The notes under the pieces are model-generated. The model searched no databases. It was not told where the DNA came from and saw only the letters and a list, made by a program, of their open reading frames with translations. DNA of 64,000 bases, taken from NCBI GenBank assembly GCA_026770705.1, contig JANJGN010000026.1:39928001-39992000 (forward strand), written 5' to 3'. The translations under genes were made by a program, and so were the position numbers. Each line of letters begins with the position of its first letter. Position 1 is the first letter of the stretch. Positions 27,345 through 39,866 of this stretch are shown here, piece by piece. This DNA comes from Isurus oxyrinchus. Its lineage: Eukaryota.

Positions 27345-28459
27345 GAGTCACTTGTGGACTCGCCGGTGTCTCAGCAGGGTGGATGAGTGAGTGAATCCCT
27401 TCCCACAAACAGAGCAGCTGAACGGATCCTCCCCATGTGAACTCGCTGGTGACTCTGAACATTGGATGAGCGACGAAATCTCTTCCCACACTTGTAGCAG
27501 GTGAATGGCCTCTCCCCGGTGTGGCCTCGCTGGTGTGCCAGCAGGTTGGATGCGTGAGTGAATCCCTTACCACACGGAGCAGATGAACGGCCTCTCCCCA
27601 GTGTGACTGCGTTGGTGTATCAGCAGATCCCTTGTGCTTTTAAAGCCAGAATCACAGTCAGAACATTGAAAAGGTCTCTGATCAGTGTGAACAAGTTGGT
27701 GTGATGTGAGGTTGGTTAAACAAGTGAATCCCTTCCCACACACGGGGCAGGTGAACGGTCTCTCCCCAGTGTGAACACGGAGATGTTCAGTGAGATTGGA
27801 TGACCGTCCAAATCTCTTCCTGCAGTGACAGCAACTGAATGGTCTCTCCCTGGTGTGAACTCGCTTGTGTTCAGTCAGGGTAGATGATTTAGTAAAGCCC
27901 TTCCCACACACGGAGCAGATGAATTGTCTCTTCCCAGTGTGAACTCGTTGGTGTGTTAACAAGGTAGATAACTGAGTGAAACCCTTCTCACAATCAGAGC
28001 AGATGAACGGTCTCTCCCCGGTGTGACTGCGTCAATGAGTTTCCAGCTTGGATGGATAATTGAATCCCTTCCCACAGTCCCCACATTTTCATGGTTTCTC
28101 CGTGGTGCGGGTGTCCTTATGCTTCTCCAGTTTGAATGGATCAGTTGAAGCCTCGTCCACACACAGAAAAAGGGGTACACTTTCTCTCTGCTGAGAATGG
28201 TGTGATTTTTTTTCAGGCTCTGTAACTGGTTGAAGCTCTTTCCACAGTCAGTTCACTGGATCACTCTCACTTGGGTGTGTGTGTCTCGGTGCTTTTCCAG
28301 TCACACTGATGTTTGAAATCTTTTCCTAGAGACAAAAATTTCTTGTGCTGCATTCAAAGGCTGATGATATTCAGGTCCTGATGAATTGAATGACCATCAG
28401 ATTTTGACGTGATGTTTGATTTGAGTTTCATGTTTGTAAATTTTCCCCGTCTTATGCCC
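27345..28459 (-). pseudogene. C2H2 zinc-finger pseudogene (~9 fingers)
   Basis: Start ATG changed to ACG, TGG>TGA and CGA>TGA stops in the first finger, 2-nt deletion at GTGTGG (~27570) and a further frameshift near 27430; shared leader and 3' element present. Confidence 0.85.
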
Positions 28460-28769
28460 TGGAAAAGGAGTTTACAAAGTCAACCCTGTCAGTCCAGGAT
28501 TAAAATTCAGAGTAGACGATTCCAGTTTCTATGGAATATTTTTTCCTCTCTAGTTGCCCCAAAGCTGTAAATCCCCATCCCACACACTCGCCCTCCTCCC
28601 TGGGCTGAAATCCAAACCCATTTCACCATCTCCAGCATTTCTTTCCTCCAGTCCCAGTTTTCTCCCTCCCTCTCCTCTGCCTGGGTTCAGTTCTCCAGCA
28701 GAGTGAGAACAAAATAAACGAGTCAATCATTTTCTCTCCTGGTCACTGGGACTGTGACTCGTTTCAGCC

Positions 28770-29275
28770 CCACAAACAGCACCATTTACAGCAGGGAGAA
28801 ACCATGCACGTGTTCTGTGCGTAGTCAAGGCTTCACTGATCATCTCTCTTGTTAAAACATAAGTGCAATCACACTGGGGAGAAACTGTGTCCATGCGGGG
28901 ATCTTGAAGGCAATTCAATTATCTGTCAGATCTGGAAACTCAATGCCACAGTCACACAGGGTAGAGGCTGTTCTCTTGCACTGAATGTGGGAAAGGATTT
29001 ATATCACACTTTCAATCACACCAGGGAGTGCACACTTATAAGAGACTGTTTAAATGTTCTGACTGCAAAAAGAGATTGAAAAGCAGAAGGGATCTACTGA
29101 AACACCAGTGAGTTCACACTGGGGAGGGGCTGTTCACCTGCTCCGTGTGTGAAAAGAGCTTCACTTGTCAATCCAATCTGCAGACAGACTGATAAGTTGA
29201 CAAGTAACAACAGAGGTTGGATTCTGCTGTTATTGCTGCTGTTAATCACATCGAGGACTGAACCATATTGACTTT
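28770..29275 (+). pseudogene. Highly degenerate C2H2 zinc-finger pseudogene
   Basis: CACACTGGGGAGAAA and TTCACCTGCTCCGTGTGT finger remnants with stops; shared 3' element at ~29210-29275. Confidence 0.75.
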
Positions 29276-29299
29276 GACACTGAGGTTTATTTCTGCTGA

Positions 29300-30230
29300 T
29301 CACAGAATCACACAATGCAGAAGCCCTTCGGCCCACTGAGTCTGCACGAGTGAGAAACATGTGACCTACCTACCTAATTCCATTTACCAGCACTTGGCCC
29401 ATAGCCTTGAATGTTATGATGGGCCAAGTGCTCATCCAGGTACTTTTTAAAGGATGTGAGGCAATCCTCCTTCATCACCCTCTCCCAGGCAGTGCATTCC
29501 AGACTGTCACCACCCTCTGGGTAAAAAGGTTTTTCCTCTCATCCCCCCTAAACCTCCTGCCCCTCACCTTGAACTTGTATCCCCTCATGACTGACCTTTC
29601 AACTAAGGGGAAGAGCTGCACCCTATCCAACCTGTCCGTTCCCCTCATAATCTTGTACACCTCGATCAGGTCGCCCCTCAGTCTTCTCTGCTCCAATGAA
29701 AACAGCCCAAGTTTATCCAACCTCTCTTCACAACTTAAATGTTTCATCCCAGGCAACATCCTGGTGAATCTCCTCTGCATCCCCTCCAGTGCAATCACAT
29801 CCTTCTTATAATGTGGCGACCAGAACTGCACACAGTACTCCAGCTGTGGCCTCACCAAGGTTCTATACAACTCCAACATCACCTCCCTACATTTGTAATC
29901 TATGCCTCGATTGATAAAGGCAAGTTTCCCATATGCCTTTTCACCACCCCACTAACATGCCCCTCCGCCTTCAGAGATCTATGGACACACATGCCAAGGT
30001 CCCTTTGTTCCTCAGAACTTCCTAGTGTCATGCTGTTCACTGAATACTTTCTTATCAAATTACTCCTTCCAAAGTGTATCACCTCACACTTTTCAGGGTT
30101 AAATTCCATTTGCCACTTATCTGCCCATTTGACCATCCCATCTATATCTTCCTGTAGCCCAAGACACTCAACCTCACTGTTAACCACATGATCGATCTTG
30201 TGTTATCCACAAACCTACGAATCCTACTCC
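29300..30230 (-). mobile_element. CR1 LINE 3' end
   Basis: LVRPQLEYCVQFWSPHYKKDV, RRLRGDLIEVYK, WADKWQMEFNPEKC. Confidence 0.9.
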
Positions 30231-30499
30231 CGAAACAATCTTTATGGCTCGGGTGAAATTTAATATTCTGGCTGTCGGTTTGCTTTACTTTGTATCCTTT
30301 CGTCACCAAATAAACTATATTTCTTCAGGTTATGTTTGAGGCTTTGTGTGATGAAATAAACAGTGATTTACTTGTACTTCTTGCAGCTCAGTTACTGTAT
30401 TAACTGCTGACGATCTGGTCTGCTCTACACTGAGAAGGTGAAAAGCAGATTAGGTGGTCACTTTGTGGAACAATCTCTGTTCAGTCTGTCAGCTTGACC

Positions 30500-30680
30500 C
30501 TGAACTTCCGGTCACTTGTCATTTTAATTCGCCACCCCACTCCCACTCTGACCCTCTCTGTCCTCAGCCTCTTGAACTGTTCCAATGAAGCTCAATGGGA
30601 GCTCAAGGAACAGCAGCTCATTCTTCAATTCTGCACTTTACAACCTTCAGAACTCAACAACGAATTCAGCACTTTCTGCA
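30500..30680 (+). mobile_element. Penelope-like GIY-YIG C-terminal fragment
   Basis: CSNEAQWELKEQQLILQFCTLQPSELNNEF; similar to 42600-42710. Confidence 0.6.
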
Positions 30681-30949
30681 CCAACAGAGAGTTGTCAGGA
30701 TCTGGAACTCTACCTGAAAAGGTGCTGGAACCTGATTCTATGTTTGGACTCCGCTCACTGATCCTAGATTCCCCAACCAGTGGAAATAGTTCTTCTGTCT
30801 GCCCTGTCAGCTCCAATTAATATCTCAAAAACTTGAAGCCAATCACCTGTTAATCTTCTAAATTTCAGGGATTACAACCTTCACAGCGAGGTGATGGATT
30901 TTGACAGGAAGGATAGAGAGAGAAAGAAAATAGCGACCTCATGGCACAG

Positions 30950-31650
30950 GTAAAAACAGTGTACAGAGTCAGAGGGATCTGGCCCTTTATGTACAGAGAT
31001 TTTTTAAGGGTGACAGGATAGATTAAGAGACCAGTTAGCAAGGTATTTGTAATCTTGGGCTTCTTCAATAGAGCTACTGAGTACAAAAGCAAGGAAGTTA
31101 TGCCTAATCTTTGTTAGGCTCTGGTGAGGCCACAACCCAAGTATTTGTGTCCAGTTCTGATCACCACACTTCAGGAAAGATGTAAAGGTCCTTGAGAAGC
31201 TGCAGAGGAGATTTAACCGAATGGTTCTAGCAAAGAGCTGAGGGCAGATTGATAGATAAGCTTTAGATAAGATTGACAAAGAAAATCTATTCCCATCAGT
31301 TGATTGTACAAGGACTAGCGGGCACAGATTTAAGTTTTTGGGTAAGAGATACAGGGGGATGTGAGGGAGAATAGGCACTTGAGGGAAATAAACTTGCAAG
31401 GATACAGGGATGGCGAGCAGAGGAATAGGTCTCACTGGATTGCTCTGGAGAGCTGGCATGGGCTCAATGGGCCAAATGGCATCCTCAGTGCCATAATGGG
31501 TCTTCCCTGTCATCTCATTTTGTAATGAAACCCATCGAGTTCAGGTATCACTCAGGTAAATCTGTGCTACACTCTCTCCATGACCATTCTATCCTTAGGT
31601 TTGTTGCACAAAAGTGAACATATTATCTAGGTGTGGTCTAACCAGGATTT
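30950..31650. mobile_element. CR1 fragments
   Basis: EYKSKEVM..LVRPQ remnants and 3' UTR. Confidence 0.6.
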
Positions 31651-31679
31651 GTGCATCTTGGTGCTTTTCTACAGATAGA

Positions 31680-31990
31680 ACAGACAAACCTTCTTCATTC
31701 CACATTCAGATGCTGATGATATTCAGATTCTGATGAATTGAGTGACTCTGTCAGATCTGGATGTGACGTTTGGTTTGAGTTTCCCATCTGTCAATCCTCC
31801 ATTTCTAATAACCCTGTAAAATAAATTTACAAAGACTTTTATTGTCAGCCCAGGATAGAAAATCAGAAGAGACAAACATTACTCTTGGTTTGAGTTTGCT
31901 GTGTGTAAATCCTCCCCTTATAACCCCCTGTAAAAGGAGGTTCCAAAATCCATCCCTCAGTCAGTATAGGAATTCACAATATTCTCTCCT
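31680..31990 (-). other. Two tandem copies of the shared ZNF leader exon and its acceptor flank
   Basis: Acceptors at ~31814 and ~31928 followed by GGAGGATT..AAACTCAAACCAA..TCAC. Confidence 0.6.
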
Positions 31991-32004
31991 GCTGCTGACA
32001 GGGA

Positions 32005-32430
32005 CAGAGATGACCGCGCATGCGCCCTGCTGCACCTCGCCTCTGGTAAACATGGCGGCCGTTAACACGGGCCTATGGCCCAGAGCAGACCAACAACTGT
32101 CGTCCCGTCCCGTCCCGCGCAAATGCAGAATCGGTAGCTTCGTACTGGGGAGTTTGAGGCCTCCACCAGGTGTTTATGAATCCTCCCCGCCCACTCCGAT
32201 GGCTCTAATCCTCTCCACCCACCCAGCGGCTCCATTACTCAACTGTACTCGATTGTTTCTCCTTTCTCCGCCGAACTCCTGCCACAACTCGCACTGCGCA
32301 TGTACCAGTCAGGGACCGCATTGCGCATGCTTAACTGCCAGCTCGGTAGTACGCCTGCGCAGCAAGCGCTCTGTCGTCTGGATAGGATGCATTCTTCCCC
32401 GCGGAGAATGCTGGGTAAACGTCCAGCCAT
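32005..32430. promoter_or_regulatory. CpG island promoter
   Basis: GCGCATGCGC NRF1 palindrome 32016-32025, AACATGGCGGC YY1 motif ~32049, further TGCGCATG sites, high CpG density. Confidence 0.65.
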
Positions 32431-32959
32431 TGAGAGTCGAAATTGTTGAATCGAAACACTAAGCAGATCTGTTGTGTTTGTGGAAAGGGAGACATAATTT
32501 ACATTTCAGATCGATGCCTTTTCATTAGAACGGCACTGCATCATTACACGGACGTTGAGCCTTTTTCTCATTCTCCAGATACTGCCAGATATGCTGAGTA
32601 TTTCCAGCATTTTCTAACTTTATCTCTGGTTAGGGAAGTTTCTCTTGAACTGCACATTAGTTTCATTACTAAGTTATATTTATTTTTGTCATTGCAGAAG
32701 TTAGAAAAATCTTGCAGCCGTCTAACCTGTTGAAACACTTATGCAATTTAAATTCCCTGATCAAGTCACCCCTCACTCACGTTTCCACATTAAACGTCTC
32801 CAGCCTGTTCAATATTTCTTGACAGGTATAACCTGTTAGTTGTAGCATTAGTGCAATAAATCTTTCTTACATCGCCTCCATCGCTCGCTTCTTGCATCGC
32901 TTCTAAATACATGTTATTGTATGGAGACCTGAGCTAACCTGAGCAGTGAACTCACCACT

Positions 32960-33612
32960 GTCCACAAATTGCATATGGGATAATTGCCTTTATTAGCCTC
33001 GGCATAGAATATAAGAGCAGGGAGATTATGCTGCAACTGCATAAAACCCTGATTAGGCCACAGCTAGAGTATTGCCTGCAGTTCTGGAATCCGCATTATA
33101 GGAAGGATGTGATTGCACTAGAGAGAGTCCAGAGCAGATTTGCCAGGTTATTGCCTGGGCTGGAATGTTTTAGTTGTGAGGAGAAATTGGATAGACGGGG
33201 CTTATTTTCCCTGGAGCAGAGGAGATTGAGGGGGGACATGATTGAGGTGTAAAAAAATATAAGGGGCATTGATAGGGTATACAGGAAGGAATCTTTCCCC
33301 TTGGTTGAGGGATCAATAACAAGGGAGCGTAGATTTAAAGTAAGGGCAGAACGTTTAGAGGGGATGTGAAGAAGAATTTTTTCACCCAGAATGTGGTGGG
33401 AATCTGGAACCCTCCTACTGAAAGGGTGGGAGGGGCAGAAACCCTCATAACTGTTAAGAAGTATTTGGATGTGCACTTGTGATGCCAAGGCATACAAGGC
33501 TACAGGCCTCGTGCTGGAAAATGGGATTAAAATAGTTAGGTACTTGTTTGGCTGGCGCGAACTCGATGGGCCAAAGGGCCTTCTTCTGTGCTATAGACCT
33601 CTATGACTCTAA
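32960..33612 (+). mobile_element. CR1 LINE 3' end
   Basis: LIRPQLEYCLQFWNPHYRKDV..RRLRGDMIEV; CTATGACTCT tail. Confidence 0.85.
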
Positions 33613-35280
33613 CAGGGTCCCATGTCTTGTCCAATATTTATCTCTCAATCAACACCACAAGAACAGATTATCTGGTCATTAATGCGCTGCTGTTGGTGGG
33701 GGTTTGCGCCATTTCCTACATTGCAACAGCGAATATACTTCAAAAGTACATAATTGCCTTTAAAACCCTTTGAGATTCCGGTGGTGGTGAAAGGCACTTT
33801 GTAAATATGAGGATTTGTTTCTTTATCAATCCATATCCCTGGTTATTGATTGATCTCCTTCCTATCTTCTCCATCTCGATCCTTATTATTTTATATTCCT
33901 CAATTAAATCTCCTTCGCTTTCCCTGTTCAAAGAAAACAGACCCATCCTATCCAATATTTCCTCCTCACTCATTTTGATGTGAATAAGGTTCAGCAGGAG
34001 TTTTCCAATACTCTCCACTAATCATATAAATCTGACCTTTCTCATCTGGATTGTGTTTGAACTGCACCCACTTCTCTCAGTTCCCCAGTAAGTGTCTATT
34101 CTAACCCTTTGACTCTGAGCAGACTCTTGCTGGTACAGCGGTTTGACTGGATATTGCCACATTGAGTACCATTGTTCATTGTAAACAAGGCCACATACCT
34201 GCCGTACATCCGGTGAAGCTGGGGACAGTTTTAACTCTTAAACCAGTGTGATGTGAATAATAGCGTGCTGGAGAATGACTTACTTTGAGCCCCATGATAC
34301 CTTGAAGGAATGGCTCAAACCGAGGATGTTTCAAGGTCTCAAACTCCACCGATTGATCTAGCTGGACATGTAGTGTTGACATGTCCATATCCCTTGTCAC
34401 AGTGAGATAACTTTCTGAATGCAATGATAGAGAAGGAAATTGACCACCTGAAGCCCAAGGGTCCAATGCTTTCCCATCAATCATCAATAACATCATACAC
34501 AGCTTCTGCTTCTCAGCCGCACCTCCTTTCAAACATTGTGAGCCATTTTCCTCAGGATTTGTTCCTGGAATTAATACTTGCCTGCATTGTGACCACATTT
34601 TGAAATCAGATTCGCTTCAATCTCCAAAACAAGTTGAATTGCAAACCTGATGGACAAACAATGGAAAACCAGTCAGTCCGTAACACAAATCACATGGTTC
34701 TCATTTCCAAATCCACCACAGCTTTTAAATCAAAGGAAAGAATTTTGTAGTGAAAAGATTTAGAAAGTTGTCGTTGTTTTTATTTGTGATTCACTCACTC
34801 GGGTATTCTGTTAATGATGCTTGGAGGTTTAGTGACTGGGATATAATCCATCTGTGTTTCCCTGAACCTGTGCTTGGTGTATTGGGAGGTTTAGCCCGGG
34901 TTGGAATATCTTGTGTCCCTGCTGATTGAAGCTGCAGTCGCCGCCTTCTGCTGGCAGCAGGTGATTGGAGAGTGTGGGGCCAGAATATTGCTGCTTTTCT
35001 GCTTTTCCTGTTCCAGTCACTGGTGCTGGAGGAGGAGCGAGTGGGTTTGCTTGAATCCAATGACTTCATAGATTTCCAATGGGTTAGACAGAGGTACATG
35101 GTTGGTCTAATCGTTTTTTCGTTAAACATGACGTGAATATACATGACAAAAAATTGCTTGCGTGGGAATTCACTAAATAACAGAAACACTTGCCTCGATT
35201 GTGAAATATTTTCTTGCAGGTAATGTGGACCCTGACAACCCAGAGCTGTGGGGGAATGAACGCTGGTAAAGTGAAAACTC

Positions 35281-35345
35281 CACTCGTGGATGGACTCGAA
35301 CCACCAACCAAATAGCCAAATACTGAACAATTGCGCTTTAGAAAC
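35281..35345 (-). pseudogene. tRNA-Asn pseudogene (anticodon arm deleted)
   Basis: GTTTCTAAAGCGCAATTG...GGTTGGTGGTTCGAGTCCATCCA aligns to vertebrate tRNA-Asn(GTT); B-box intact. Confidence 0.7.
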
Positions 35346-36034
35346 TGATGGCAAAGCAATCTGGCAAGGTACCCACTTAAAACTTCATATCGTTACTGCC
35401 ACATTAGCAATTGTTCTCAAAAGTTTCCTTCTTCCAAACAAAAGGGTGGAACATGCATTGTGGATACATGGAAACAGTTGATTGAGGGATGAACATTGAC
35501 CAGGAAGCGGGGAGAACTCCCCTGCTCTTCTTTCAAATAGGCTCATGGCATCTTTTACATTCTGGTGCCTAAATCCTGTCATGTCTCTTCTTTCCCTACT
35601 GAATAGGAAAACAGGGGTGTCACCAGACCTACACTGAGTCTGGATTTCCTCGTCTTCCTCGTAGTTTTTCCTCTTCCTATATTCTGAAGACCAACGCAAG
35701 GTGATTCTGCAGCAGGTCTGCCGTTTCCTCAGTTTCAGTTACAGTATCCTTGCACCTGTCTTCAGGTGCTGTTAACCGAACTTTGAGACGGGGAGTAAGT
35801 ATGTTAATCTGCATCAATAATCCCTTTTTGTTGACTGCACAAATTGCTAATCGGCCTGCCCAGTGACGGTTGAAAATGTTCAATAACTTCCACTGGTTCG
35901 TGTGAGGTGGAATAGCGGCTGTTTTTATTTTGTTTGATGTTATTCACCTTGACAAGAGGTGTCACGTGGCTGTATGATGCTGTTTTTCATAACACAAGTA
36001 AATTAGCTCTTAACAAACGGCTTTTGACAAAGCT

Positions 36035-36108
36035 TATTTTTTGCCGAGCTTTGAATGAGGGACTTTCTGTATGTTAGGTGCACATGATAATCACTACACC
36101 ACAGAAAC
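36035..36108 (-). pseudogene. tRNA-Val(AAC) pseudogene
   Basis: GTTTCTGTGGTGTAGTGATTATCATGTGCACCTAACATACAGAAAGTCCC.. aligns to vertebrate tRNA-Val; stems broken. Confidence 0.75.
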
Positions 36109-36930
36109 GACACACTGCTGGGATCACAATGGACCTGTCCACAATGTTAACCTGTGCCGCCATGCAGCAGCACTTTGGGTCTTTGTTTTGAAGAAATGGA
36201 TTCAGCTGCTATAAAAAGGAATGCTGGAGACAGACTGATCTAACAATGTGATCATAAAATTACACAGCACATTAGGAGATAATTCGGCCATCGTGTCTAT
36301 GACAGCATTTCACAAAGAGCTTTCTATAACCCTCGCTTTTTTTCTCGCTTTCAAGTCATTGTCCTTTTGAAAACTCTGAGTGAAGGGAAACAATATTGAA
36401 AGAGGTGCAGGAGTTTGTGCAGTGCCCATGCGCACTGTGTTAACAAAGTTTCCCTGACCCAATGACATCAAGAGTTGGACTCGAGATTCTCATATAGTTT
36501 TTGAACCAAAAAATGTATTTATGCAGCTGATTTCATACCGAACTTTCAAAAGAAGTTTATTCAGATCAAGCATGTCATCATTTTTCTCAGGCGCTCTGTA
36601 CAATCTAATTCCCCTTGCTGTACAACCTGTTACAGAGACTGTTATAGAAAAGAGGGAAAGGTTTGCTGCAGCTATACAAAGCCCTGGTTAGGTCAGACTA
36701 GGAGGACTGTGGATAGTTTTGGTAAAAGCACCTGATAGAGGATCAATATTTGCCTTGAAAGTTTCAGAGGAGCCGCTTTGATTCTGTTGGTGGGTTTTGG
36801 AAATTGAAAATTGTACATCCGCAGCTTGTGGCACAATTTCCCCTCACTGTTAACTTCATGTTCATGTCGAACACACTCGATGCTGTTATTGGCTGAACAA
36901 ATCTTCTGTGTTTTAACTAAAATCGCTGTT

Positions 36931-36978
36931 ATTCGGCGCTCCCACTCCTGCCGCCCAGGTTTGGCCCTCATCAGGGAA
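36931..36978 (+). pseudogene. tRNA-Glu 3' remnant
   Basis: ATTCGGCGCTCCCAC..GCCCAGGTTTG..TCAGGGAA. Confidence 0.6.
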
Positions 36979-37529
36979 TGTTGTTTTCTTGTTGCTGCGT
37001 GAACTATCACAATGAACTGATCCCGGAGTCTCTTTCCCATGGGATCCACAAAACCCGTCACTTCTCTTCCTTCATTCTCACTCTTTCATTCCCAGTTTGA
37101 GTCGGTTCTCCTTTCAGCCCCTTCAACAAATCCATTTGGATGGACAAGTGGCAGCTGGAAATTGATGGGAGGAAGTGTGAAATGATTCATTTTGGTCGGA
37201 GAGGAGAGGAAACAGAAAATAAAGTCTACAATTTTAAAGGGGCTTCTTTGTTGCACAGTGAGTGGTTCAGATCAGGAATGAATCAATTCGGTTCAGCTCC
37301 ACAAGGGGGTGGACACAGTTTTACCACCGCAAACTTCATTAGCTGTGTAGCTTCATATTAAAAAGGTTCAGAGAGAAAAAGCACGTTGGAAAGATGCAAG
37401 AGGAAATTGTTTCTTTCTGGATGTTTCTTTTTCAGTGGAGACTATTCCATTACCGAGTCCCCATATGCTACAAGGTGGAGGATGATTGAAATTTTCTGTC
37501 AAGGCAATGACAATTTCGGAATTGATCGT

Positions 37530-37612
37530 GGTGGTGAAGCTGAATGGCTGAAGGTGCTGGAGTTAAGCTCCAGTTTCTATGGAGGCGTGGGGTTTGAATC
37601 CCACCGCTGACA
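37530..37612 (+). pseudogene. tRNA-Leu (NAG type) pseudogene
   Basis: AAGGTGCTGGAGTTAAGCTCCAGTTTCTATGGAGGCGTGGGGTTTGAATCCCACCGCTGACA matches tRNA-Leu with long variable arm. Confidence 0.75.
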
Positions 37613-37820
37613 GAGTTTCAGACGGTTCATATTTTCAGTCAATTTAGCCAAATCCTTCAGTGTGTGCTCGGGACAAGTATAGTGCTCCATTCTGGAGGGA
37701 AGATCGAAAAGAGGCAGGAGGAATTGCAGGGCAGCCAGGAATAGCTGGGGCCACGTCTTTATTCTCTGCAAAGCCATTCTCTGATTTTATGTACAGAGCA
37801 TTAAGAGGCACATGGCACCT

Positions 37821-37903
37821 GAGTACAGAGCTGAGTTGCTCAGGAAATGGGTTGGAAATCCTTTAGCTTTCCCTGATGTAGGTTCAAATACTACCAAATT
37901 ACA
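37821..37903 (+). pseudogene. tRNA-Ser pseudogene
   Basis: GCTGAGTTGCTCAGGAAATGGGTTGGAAATCC..GTAGGTTCAAATACTACC aligns to tRNA-Ser(NGA). Confidence 0.55.
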
Positions 37904-37934
37904 TTTCTCACTATTCCTGTTTTAGGAATGAGTT

Positions 37935-39470
37935 CACAGAATCACAGAATCGCACAGAAGAGGCCCTTCGGCCCATCGAGTCTGCACTGACACGTGAGAA
38001 ACACCGGACCTACCTACCTAATCCCATTTACCAGCATTTGGCCCATAGCCTTGAGTGTTATGATGTGCCAAGTGCTCATCCAGGTACTTTTTAAAGGATG
38101 TGAGACAACTCCACCACCCTCCCAGGCAGTGCATTCCAGACTGTCACCACCCTCTGGGTAGAAGAGTTTTTCCTCACATCCCCCCTAAACCTCCTGCCCC
38201 TCACATTGTACTTATACCCCCTTGTGAATGACACTTCAACTGAGGGGAACAGCTGCTCCCTATCCACCCTGTTCATGCCTCTCATAATCTTGTACACCTC
38301 GATCAGGTCGCCCCTCAGTCTTCTCTGCACCAGTGAAAACAACCCAAGCCTATCCAACTTCTCTTCATAACTTAAATGTTTCATCCCTGGCAACATCCTG
38401 GTGAATCTCCTCTGTACTCCCTCCAGTGCAATCACATCTTTCCTATAATGTGGCGACCAGAACTGCACACAGTACTCCAGCTGTGGCCTCACTAAGTTCT
38501 ATACAACTCCAACATGACCTCCCTACTTTTGTAACCTATGCCTCGACTGATAAAGGCAAGTGCCCCATATGCCTTTTTCACCACCACACTAAAATGCCCC
38601 TCCACCTTCAGAGATCTATGGACACACATGCCAAAGTCCCTTTATTCCTCAGAAATTCCTGCCATTCATTGAATACTTCCTTGTCAAATTGCACCTTCCA
38701 AAGTGTATCACCTCACACTTTTCAGGGTTAAATTCCATCTGCCACTTATCTGCCCATTTGACCATCCCGCCTATGTTTTCCTGCAGCCCAAGACACTCAA
38801 CCTCACTGTTAACCACCTGGCCAATCTTAGTGCCATCCGCAAACTTTCTAATCCTATCCCCACCCCCGGACCAAGCACAGATCCCTGTGGTACGCCACTG
38901 GACACTGGCTTCCAGTCACTAAAGCATCCTTCTGTCATTACTCTCTGCTTCCTTTAGCGAAGCCAATTTTGAATCCACCTTAGCAAATTACCCTTCTTTC
39001 TAAGTCTCCCATGTGGGGCCTTGTCAAAGCCTTTGCTGAAATCCATATATACTACATCAACTGCAGTACCCTCATCTACACCTGGTCACCTCAAAAAATT
39101 CAGTCAAATTTGTTAGGCATGACCTCCTTCTGACAAAGCCATGCTGACTATCCCTGATCAAATCTTGCCTCTCCAAGTGGAGATAGATGCTCTCCTTCAG
39201 AATTTCTCCAATAGTTTCCCTACCACTGACATAAGACTCACCGGCCTATAGTTCCCTGGCTTCTCTCTACAACCCTTGTTAAATAGCAGAACCACATTAG
39301 CTGTGCTCCAGTCCTCTGGCACCTCCCCCGTGGCCAGAGGGGAATTAAAAATTTGGGTCAGAGCCCCTGTGATCTCCTCCCTTGCCTCCCTCAGCAGTCT
39401 GGGACACAAATCATCCGGACCTGGAGATCTGTCCACTTTTAAGCCTGCCAACACCTCCAATACCTTGTCA
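37935..39470 (-). mobile_element. CR1 LINE ORF2 3' portion
   Basis: SPGPD..PRLLRE, VPEDW, PGNYRPVSL, RPQLEYCVQFWSPHYRKDV; very similar to 29300-30230. Confidence 0.9.
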
Positions 39471-39866
39471 CTCGCTGTATCAATTTGCTTAAGTTACAGA
39501 ATTAATTATCTATGAAATGGACTAAAGAATCTTTCAAATGATCCCGTGTGTTTTTCATTTCCATTCATCTGCAGGCTTTTACCAAATTTGCCATTGCAAG
39601 TGGAACAAATATGGAGCCAATCTGGTGACATCCTTGATTTTTGGATCTTTGTCTCTCCTTCGGCCTCTGTCACTATTGGTGTCTATGCCTGTGTGTGTTC
39701 CTCGTCGTGTATCAGTGTGGTTCAGTTCCCTGAGTGGGTAAACGCATTTTTGCCATCGCAAACATAATTCACTTTCGTTATGTACCTTCATGGTAAATGG
39801 TACAGAGAAAAACATCCAGCTTAAAAGTTGCACGACAGGATTAACATTTTTGTACATACTAGAGCC

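Noticed and set aside
31842-32462. 206-aa ORF over the CpG island
   Set aside because: Non-ATG start, no recognisable domain, explained by GC content and antisense to ZNF leader exons
39699-39742. tRNA-Asp-like ends (TCCTCGT...GGTTCAGTTCCCTGA)
   Set aside because: Too short and degenerate to call
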